A DNA stretch of 42,867 nt from the NCBI GenBank assembly GCA_964478725.1, contig CAYZKS010000007.1:1-42867 (forward strand). The letters are read 5' to 3'. This document shows, in pieces, positions 37,656 through 42,867 of the stretch. The translations under genes and the position numbers were made by a program. Within the stretch, counting starts at the first letter, position 1. Each line of letters begins with the position of its first letter. The stretch is from an uncultured Anaerolineales bacterium. Lineage in GTDB: Bacteria; Chloroflexota; Anaerolineae; UBA2200. The notes beneath the pieces are model-generated. The model ran no database searches and had not been told where the DNA came from. It saw nothing but the letters and a program-made list of their open reading frames with translations.

Positions 37656-38165
37656 CTACTTCAAGAGCGCTTCGACTTGCTCCACCATATACTGCTTGCG
37701 CATGGCCCCGACCGTCTTGCGCCGGAGTTGTCCGTCCCGGTCGACGAAGAACGTGGTTGGAATGGCATCGATCTTCAACGCCCTGCCGGCCGCGTTTCCA
37801 ACGTCTCTCAGCAGGGGCAGAACTAACCCCTGCTGCTCAGCGTATGATTTGATGGCCGAGCTCTCCTCCGACACGTTAACAGCAAGCACGACCAAACCCC
37901 GCTCGCGGTACTGGCGATACACAGAGTTCAGGTCAGGCATCTCGGAACGGCAGGGGCCGCACCAGATGGCCCAGAAATTGACCATCACGATTTTGCCCAA
38001 GTGGTCACTGACTCTGACTGCCTTGCCATCCAAGTCCTGAACCGCAATATCGAATCCAGGCTTCTTCGTGGGGCTGGTTGCAGTGGACGTCTTGGAACCA
38101 CAGCCATTCACGCCGGTTATGATGACTGCCATCGCCAGCACCATCAATAGCGATCTTTGGGTCAT
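37656..38165 (-). CDS. TlpA/ResA/CcmG-like thiol:disulfide oxidoreductase lipoprotein
   Basis: Lipobox GVNGC and thioredoxin fold with WAIWCGPCRSEMP. Confidence 0.8.
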   Translation of the reverse strand: MTQRSLLMVLAMAVIITGVNGCGSKTSTATSPTKKPGFDIAVQDLDGKAVRVSDHLGKIVMVNFWAIWCGPCRSEMPDLNSVYRQYRERGLVVLAVNVSEESSAIKSYAEQQGLVLPLLRDVGNAAGRALKIDAIPTTFFVDRDGQLRRKTVGAMRKQYMVEQVEALLK

Positions 38166-38183
38166 CTCTGTGCGATTACTCCT

Positions 38184-38651
38184 TCAGCCTTCCGTGAGGT
38201 TCATTCCTGCCCCGCTGGCTGGCAGTACGATACCTGCCTCGATCAGGCGCTTTGTCTCCTTGTACATGCACCGATCCATGACCACAAGCAAACCTGCTGT
38301 CCGAGCACGCCTCGCGGCCTCCTCGTTTACGATCCCTTCCTGCATCCAGATGGCCTTGGCACCGATTTGGATCGCTTGTTCTACTATTGCTGGCACCGCC
38401 TCGGCGCGTCGGAAGATGTCTACAACATCGACCTGGTCCGGAATCGAGAGCAAGTCCGGGTAGGCACGTTCGCCGAGAATCTCCGATGCATTGGGATTCA
38501 CCGGGATGATGCGATACCCTCTCGCCTGCAAGTACTGCGCGACTTCGAAGCTGGGTCGGTCAGGGTCGTCGGACAGCCCGACCATGGCGACGACGTAGCT
38601 CCCCCTGAGGATGCTCTCAATGATCTGCAGGTCTGACTTCTGATTGGTCAC
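38184..38651 (-). CDS. CoA-binding domain protein (YccU/YneT-like)
   Basis: VAMVGLSDDPDRPSFEVAQYLQARGYRIIPVNP, typical of the CoA_binding_2 family. Confidence 0.7.
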   Translation of the reverse strand: MTNQKSDLQIIESILRGSYVVAMVGLSDDPDRPSFEVAQYLQARGYRIIPVNPNASEILGERAYPDLLSIPDQVDVVDIFRRAEAVPAIVEQAIQIGAKAIWMQEGIVNEEAARRARTAGLLVVMDRCMYKETKRLIEAGIVLPASGAGMNLTEG

Positions 38652-38669
38652 GCTTGCACACTTGTGAGG

Positions 38670-38873
38670 CTAATGAGCGACTGGGTAACCCATTTCGGAC
38701 AGCGCCGCTTCGACTGCTGCCAGCGTTGCCTCATTGTCGTAGGTCACCGTGACCAGCTTGTGGGGCACGTCTACTTCGACGGCCTTCAGCCCTGGTAGAC
38801 TGTTGAGCCCCTTCTTGATGTGCTGCGCGCAGTGCATGCACGAGATGTTGGGTACACTGAGAACTTTGTTCAA
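38670..38873 (-). CDS. Heavy-metal-associated (HMA, CopZ-like) domain protein
   Basis: TTG 38873 with AAGGAG 9 nt upstream. Metal-binding SCMHC (CxxC) and a ferredoxin-like roughly 67-aa fold. The longer track ORF (to 38990) has no RBS. Confidence 0.6.
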   Translation of the reverse strand: MNKVLSVPNISCMHCAQHIKKGLNSLPGLKAVEVDVPHKLVTVTYDNEATLAAVEAALSEMGYPVAH

Positions 38874-39026
38874 GACACCGAGCTCCTTCCTGAGCCGATA
38901 GCGCGTGCACGGAAGGCAGCCAGAGCACGCTGCCCCGTGAAGATCCAATAGGGTGAAAGCCAGTATGGCATGAGTGTCCCTTTTCGTCAAATCGATGGGA
39001 CATCAAGCTGCCCGGGACCCCACGCG

Positions 39027-39055
39027 TTGCACGGAGACAGCTGGTGCTGTATAAT
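39027..39055 (+). promoter_or_regulatory. Promoter upstream of the response regulator (TTGCAC-17 nt-TATAAT)
   Basis: -35 at 39027-39032 and -10 at 39050-39055. Confidence 0.45.
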
Positions 39056-39147
39056 GCCCTCACTTGGGCGAAATGATGGCTCACGAGGGCGCACCTGTCT
39101 TTTGAGGAGCCTGTCACACTGCATTCCGATATCTGGAGGTATCCGCG

Positions 39148-39819
39148 ATGGCCAAGGAAATCCTTGTCGTCGAAGACGGAGGTCTCATCGCTGGTCTAAT
39201 CGGCAAGAGCTTGGCCCGAAAAGGCTACGAGATTGCCGTGCTGGAATGCAGACAGGCCGCGCATCAGGCACGCAAACGCAAACCGAGCCTGATCATCCTT
39301 GACGCACCGGCCTCGGACATAGAGGCACTGGACGTATGCTCGCGGTTACAGGAGGTCACGTCGGTACCTATCCTGGCTTTGGCGGACTCTCCGTCACCGT
39401 TGGAAGAGCAAGAGGGGATTGTGTGCTTGACCAAGCCGCCAGACTTCCGCGAACTGCTGGCGGCGGTCGAGTCCAACCTAAGCCTGCGCCGAAAGCGAAA
39501 GAAACCCGCACCGCGTTTTCTTCGGTTGGGAGATCTGGTGCTTGACCTGCAGACTCAACGCCTGATCAAGGGCGAGACGCGCCATCGGCTGACGCCCAAG
39601 GAGTTCCTGCTGCTCAAGATGTTCATGAGTAACCCTGGGCAGGTTCTGAGCCACAAGGTGATCATGAAAGAGGTGTGGAACACCAGCTACATAGGCGACA
39701 CGCGCACCCTATACGTGCACGTGAGCTGGATCAGAGGCAAGATCGAAGACGATCCGGGCAACCCAGCGCTGCTACGCACCGTGCGCGGAGTGGGCTATCG
39801 CTTCGAGGTCAAACCGTAG
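39148..39819 (+). CDS. OmpR/PhoB-family response regulator (orphan in this window)
   Basis: Receiver domain (ILVVEDG..., LIILD, LTKP) plus a winged-helix trans_reg_C domain (LTPKEFLLLKMF..., RTVRGVGYRF). Confidence 0.85.
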   Translation: MAKEILVVEDGGLIAGLIGKSLARKGYEIAVLECRQAAHQARKRKPSLIILDAPASDIEALDVCSRLQEVTSVPILALADSPSPLEEQEGIVCLTKPPDFRELLAAVESNLSLRRKRKKPAPRFLRLGDLVLDLQTQRLIKGETRHRLTPKEFLLLKMFMSNPGQVLSHKVIMKEVWNTSYIGDTRTLYVHVSWIRGKIEDDPGNPALLRTVRGVGYRFEVKP

Positions 39820-39886
39820 CCGGCCGCGCCTGGCTGAGGTCCGCGCAGGGCATGCAGACCATGTTGCAGCCCGTAAGACTTCAGGT

Positions 39887-40120
39887 CTAAACCACACCCA
39901 CCCAGAAGTGATTGGGCTGCACGCTGCTAGATACAACCACTCTAACTTCTGCGGAGAGCGCCTGCACATCAACCACAGTACTCGGGTGTACGTAGCACAC
40001 GTTAGGGGATCTTCCGAACTTCTCCCGATAGCGTCGAACCGCCTTGACCACCTTGTCCGCGGACGGCATTCTTGGACTATCGTCGAACCAGAGCAGACCA
40101 GTCTTCATCTCCATTCTCAT
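39887..40120 (-). CDS. Hypothetical small protein (about 75 aa), last gene of the SOS-box operon
   Basis: ORF with protein-like composition (KTGLLWFDDSPRMPSADKVVKAVRRYREKFGRSPNVCYVHPS...). GGGAG lies upstream of the ATG cluster; the likely start is ATG 40114. I recognise no family. Confidence 0.4.
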   Translation of the reverse strand: MRMEMKTGLLWFDDSPRMPSADKVVKAVRRYREKFGRSPNVCYVHPSTVVDVQALSAEVRVVVSSSVQPNHFWVGVV

Positions 40121-40153
40121 ACTCCCTGCGTCGAGCGTGCCCCGGGTTCAGAC

Positions 40154-40429
40154 CTACATCCCGCGCACGTGCCAGGTGTTCCCCAGCAGATCCTGATAAA
40201 GCTCGAACGTCCCCTCGACACAGCGCACGCGGAAGCAAAGCTTACCGTCGCCATGGGGTCCAGCCACTACAGTCCAGCACCGCTCCACCGCGTGGACACG
40301 ATAGGAGTGACCGTGCCAGAAAAACACCTCTGGGATGTACCCATACCTGCGCCGGCGCATCTCTATCGGTTCATACCCCACCCCACGCATCCTGCGGCCG
40401 GTCAAGGCCAGCGCCCTCCCGCTAATCAT
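40154..40429 (-). CDS. Hypothetical small Trp/His/Arg-rich protein (about 91 aa)
   Basis: ATG 40429 overlaps the end of the 2-TM gene by 8 nt (a GTG at 40438 is also possible). Sequence: ...YIPEVFFWHGHSYRVHAVERCWTVV...CFRVRCVEGTFELYQDLLGNTWHVRGM. No family confidently recognised. Confidence 0.4.
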   Translation of the reverse strand: MISGRALALTGRRMRGVGYEPIEMRRRRYGYIPEVFFWHGHSYRVHAVERCWTVVAGPHGDGKLCFRVRCVEGTFELYQDLLGNTWHVRGM

Positions 40430-40790
40430 CCTGCTCACCTACGATGTGGAACTGGCGCTGGGCCGTTTCAGGTGAGGTGATCGGCGCGGAGTAGTACGGT
40501 GGCAGGAATCCCGAAGGCGCGGGTGTCCCACCTTGGATGACCACTACTGGGGGGTAGGCTCCTTGTCTGGCGCCATGCGGGCCGTACCCGCTCCACTCTT
40601 CGCCGAGCTGCTCCTTGCGGCTGCCGCGGTTCAAAACGAAAATGAGCAGCAAGCTCACTGGGATGCAGGCAGCCACCCCGCACACCACCCCGACCACGAC
40701 TGCCATGGCCTCGACGCTCATTCGATTGCCGATCACCACCGCCAGGGTCACGACAAATGCTAGACCCGTTACCCCGACTATCTTGCGCAC
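40422..40790 (-). CDS. Small 2-TM membrane protein with Pro/Gly/Tyr-rich tail (122 aa)
   Basis: GTG 40790 is preceded by AAGGAGG with a 6-nt spacer and overlaps the ATPase gene by 13 nt. Hydrophobic helices IVGVTGLAFVVTLAVVIG and AMAVVVGVVCGVAACIPVSLLLIFVL. Confidence 0.5.
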   Translation of the reverse strand: MRKIVGVTGLAFVVTLAVVIGNRMSVEAMAVVVGVVCGVAACIPVSLLLIFVLNRGSRKEQLGEEWSGYGPHGARQGAYPPVVVIQGGTPAPSGFLPPYYSAPITSPETAQRQFHIVGEQDD

Positions 40791-41878
40791 TGAATGCCTC
40801 CTTGCTGCAGGACCGGGAGTGCCGGTCTGTCCTCCTTCGTACCGCTGCACGCCTTCTGCCAGGATGCAGGACGGGGCCTGGCTGCTGCCCCCTTGGCTGT
40901 GCGCTCGGCCTCCTGCGCGGATGCGTAGGCCGCGCAGAACCTGGTGACTTGTCCCTTGTGCACCAACAAAAAGTCACCGCGCCCGAGCAGGCGCTCTGCA
41001 CCGGTGCCGGGAATTCCTGCCGCCAGCCGAGCCTCTTCAGCCGAGGTCACCGAGCCAACCACACGTACCGGGAAGTTGGCTTTGGTAAGTGAGCCGATGA
41101 CGGCTACACAAGGCTTCTGGGTGCATGCCACCAGATGGATGCCTGCCTCGCGGCCCCTTTGTGAAAGCCGAGTCAGGGCGAACTCAAGGTCCCTGCCCCC
41201 AACGAGCAAGAGATCCGCCAATTCGTCCAAGAACACCACCAGGCGCGGGCTGTTGTTGCGCATTGCGTCACGGCGCTCCATCTCTTGCACGAGCCAAGCG
41301 AGACGATCCACACACTCTGAGACGTCGGTGATCGGCGGGCACAGCAAGTGCGGCAGTCCCGCCAGCGAGGAGAACCCACGGCCTTTGGGATCAATGAGTA
41401 GGAGCTGCAAGCTGCGCTGCGCATTGTGCAGGGCCAACGAGAGAGCCATGGCGCGAGCGAGGGCCGTTTTGCCCGAACCGGTTGTGCCGCAGATCAGGGC
41501 GTGCGCCACGTCGGGGCTTGGCAAATTGAGTAGCAGCGGGGTGCCGCTCTGATCCACGCCCAGGACAGGCGAGCAGGGCGGTGCAAAGGCGAGGTGACGG
41601 CACACTTCCAGGAGTGCCACCTTTGCCGGTTCGGGACGCGGGATCTCAACGTGCAGGGCTCCGCCGTCGCGCACGATGCGGCACGATCGCGCCCCCAGGG
41701 ACATGGCAATCTCCTCGGAGAGCGCTTGGATGCTGGCCAGGCGAGTGCCGATGCGCGTGGTCAATTGGAAGCGTACGGTTCGAGGCGTCACGGTGCCGCC
41801 CACCACACGGGAGGACACTCTGTGGTTGGCGAGCACGACTTCGATCTGGTTCGCCTGTGAATCCAGCAGGTGCCGCAT
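40778..41878 (-). CDS. FtsK/SpoIIIE-family DNA translocase-like ATPase, motor (alpha-beta) domains only
   Basis: ATG 41878 with AGGAGG 7 nt upstream. Walker A CGTTGSGKTA, Walker B LVVFLDELADL, ACTQKPCVAVIGSLTKANFPVRV, LLGRGDFLL. There is no TM segment and no C-terminal gamma wHTH. The track start at 41920 falls inside the -10 hexamer and is rejected. Confidence 0.8.
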   Translation of the reverse strand: MRHLLDSQANQIEVVLANHRVSSRVVGGTVTPRTVRFQLTTRIGTRLASIQALSEEIAMSLGARSCRIVRDGGALHVEIPRPEPAKVALLEVCRHLAFAPPCSPVLGVDQSGTPLLLNLPSPDVAHALICGTTGSGKTALARAMALSLALHNAQRSLQLLLIDPKGRGFSSLAGLPHLLCPPITDVSECVDRLAWLVQEMERRDAMRNNSPRLVVFLDELADLLLVGGRDLEFALTRLSQRGREAGIHLVACTQKPCVAVIGSLTKANFPVRVVGSVTSAEEARLAAGIPGTGAERLLGRGDFLLVHKGQVTRFCAAYASAQEAERTAKGAAARPRPASWQKACSGTKEDRPALPVLQQGGIQCAR

Positions 41879-41899
41879 AGCAGAGCCTCCTGATTCATA

Positions 41900-41911
41900 G
41901 AACATATGTGC
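41900..41911 (-). promoter_or_regulatory. LexA (Cheo/SOS) box 1, one mismatch
   Basis: GAACATATGTGC compared with GAAC-N4-GTTC. It lies at about +1 to +12 of the predicted transcript. Confidence 0.6.
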
Positions 41912-41918
41912 TAGCGCC

Positions 41919-41948
41919 ATTCTACTAGAACATATGTTCTATTGTCAA
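41919..41948 (-). promoter_or_regulatory. Promoter of the ftsK-like operon (TTGACA-18 nt-TAGAAT) with a perfect LexA box in the spacer
   Basis: rc of 41943-41948 is TTGACA and rc of 41919-41924 is TAGAAT. The palindrome AGAACATATGTTCT (41927-41940) occupies the spacer. Confidence 0.7.
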
Positions 41949-41995
41949 GAGGCTCAGCTGTCGGATTTAAGGTTGCTTATGGCAACTTCTGGGCG

Positions 41996-42637
41996 CTACA
42001 GCTGCCGGACTACTGCAATCACCTTGCCTTGGATTTCGAGGTTGGCAGGATTGACGTAGATGGGCTTCATGTTGGGGTGTGCTGGCTGCAGGCGTACGCG
42101 CTTCTTGTCTTTCTCCCAGTAGAAGCGCTTCAGTGTGGTTTCCTTTTCGGTCTTTAGCCAGGCCGCCACCAGGTCACCATCCTTGATGTTCGGCTCCTGC
42201 TTCATCACCACAATGTCGCCGTCGTGGATCAGGGCGTCTATCATAGAGTCGCCCTTCACTTGCAGGGCGTAGATCTGGCCCTGTTCCTGCACGATGTCTC
42301 TGGTCAATGCAATGCTCTCGTCTACATCGAGCGCAGAGAAGTTGTCATCAGGGACTGGCACGGGTTGGCCAGCCACAATGCGGCCCAGAATAGGCACTTG
42401 TATGGTGCGGCTCGCTGGTTGGACTTTGGTGTCGATCAGCCTCACGCCGCGTGAGATATCGCGGTTGCGCTGGATGGCACCTTTGAGCTGCAAGATGTTG
42501 AGGTTGTAGTTGACGACAGAGGTGGAGGATATGCGCAACGCGCTGCCGATTTCTCTGATGGTGGGTGGGTAGCCGTTATCGTCGACGAATTCCTGGATGA
42601 ACTGGAGCATTTTCTGTTGCTTGGGGGACAGATCCAT
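41996..42637 (-). CDS. lexA: SOS repressor LexA
   Basis: ATG 42637 (MDLSPKQQKMLQFIQEF...) with GAGGAGG 6 nt upstream. N-terminal wHTH, cleavage site VAG|Q, S24 peptidase Ser (GDSM) and Lys (TLKRF). Confidence 0.9.
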   Translation of the reverse strand: MDLSPKQQKMLQFIQEFVDDNGYPPTIREIGSALRISSTSVVNYNLNILQLKGAIQRNRDISRGVRLIDTKVQPASRTIQVPILGRIVAGQPVPVPDDNFSALDVDESIALTRDIVQEQGQIYALQVKGDSMIDALIHDGDIVVMKQEPNIKDGDLVAAWLKTEKETTLKRFYWEKDKKRVRLQPAHPNMKPIYVNPANLEIQGKVIAVVRQL

Positions 42638-42684
42638 GCGCTGCCTCCTCTTTAGTCTTTCGTGCATTTGAATACTACAGTCTT

Positions 42685-42713
42685 ATTATACTCGAACATT
42701 TGTTCTGTGTCAA
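42685..42713 (-). promoter_or_regulatory. lexA promoter (TTGACA-17 nt-TATAAT) with a LexA box in the spacer
   Basis: rc of 42708-42713 is TTGACA and rc of 42685-42690 is TATAAT. The box GAACATTTGTTC at 42694-42705 implies autoregulation. Confidence 0.7.
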
Positions 42714-42818
42714 ATCGGCCGTCCGGGTCGGGCTTGGATCGCGCGAGCAGCCCCGGCCCGGGCTGGCCTGCAGAGCGCGGTAGTCCAACTGGGCTCCGGA
42801 ACGGGCCATGAGCCCAAG

Positions 42819-42847
42819 TTGCAAAATGCACATAACTATGGTATAAT
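42819..42847 (+). promoter_or_regulatory. Near-consensus outward-facing promoter (TTGCAA-17 nt-TATAAT) at the window edge
   Basis: -35 at 42819-42824 and -10 at 42842-42847. The target gene lies beyond the window. Confidence 0.4.
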
Positions 42848-42867
42848 ATGTGTGACACAATAGTATC

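Noticed and set aside
38874-38990. Longer 106-aa version of the HMA-domain ORF with a Cys-rich N-terminus (CSGCLPC)
   Set aside because: Its TTG start at 38990 has no RBS, whereas the internal TTG at 38873 has AAGGAG at 9 nt and gives a canonical roughly 67-aa HMA domain. The extension remains a low-probability alternative.
39887-42667. lexA-like repressor plus FtsK-like ATPase read as part of an integrative conjugative element or prophage
   Set aside because: No integrase, relaxase, replication, capsid or tail genes and no att-like repeats are visible. The nearest tRNA is about 16 kb away. The repressor is a full-length LexA with classic autoregulatory box architecture. This cannot be fully excluded because the window ends 230 bp past lexA.

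Overview
GC-rich bacterial chromosomal window with dense coding and many 4-nt gene overlaps. It looks Chloroflexota-like (Pro/Thr-linker surface proteins, Gram-positive-type SOS boxes, variant Ccm system), but that is an inference I cannot verify here. In order, it holds: two paralogous surface glycoside-hydrolase-like genes, thrC, a third putative glycosidase, and dnaA followed by a DnaA-box cluster and AT-rich element (candidate oriC, no dnaN). Next come an MFS transporter, a metallophosphoesterase and a DUF4349 lipoprotein. A nupNOPQ-like BMP-family ABC importer follows; its binding protein is a tandem duplication and it has a roughly 380-nt structured leader. Then: an orphan MsmX/MalK-type ATPase, a cNMP-binding membrane protein, tRNA-Val(GAC), and a mixed operon (parvulin PPIase, CooC-type ATPase, MBL hydrolase, TPR lipoprotein, M16 peptidase). 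After that come CIRCE-controlled groES-groEL and a secreted papain-like peptidase. A variant System I cytochrome c maturation operon follows: TlpA/CcmG-like, CcmE with CxxxY, ccmFABC, a 50-aa ccmD missing from the ORF track, and a translationally coupled DUF2085 protein, with no ccmH. The window ends with an orphan OmpR-type regulator and lexA. The most unusual element is a four-gene operon directly downstream of lexA (39887-41948). It has a near-consensus promoter with two GAAC-N4-GTTC boxes and starts with a truncated soluble FtsK/SpoIIIE-type motor ATPase, followed by a 2-TM protein and two small ORFs with no family I recognise. I propose it as a candidate undescribed SOS-induced module. 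I saw no CRISPR array, transposase, integrase or rRNA. Many long ORFs in the track are antisense artefacts of high GC content. Several track ORFs were trimmed to internal starts that have convincing RBSs.
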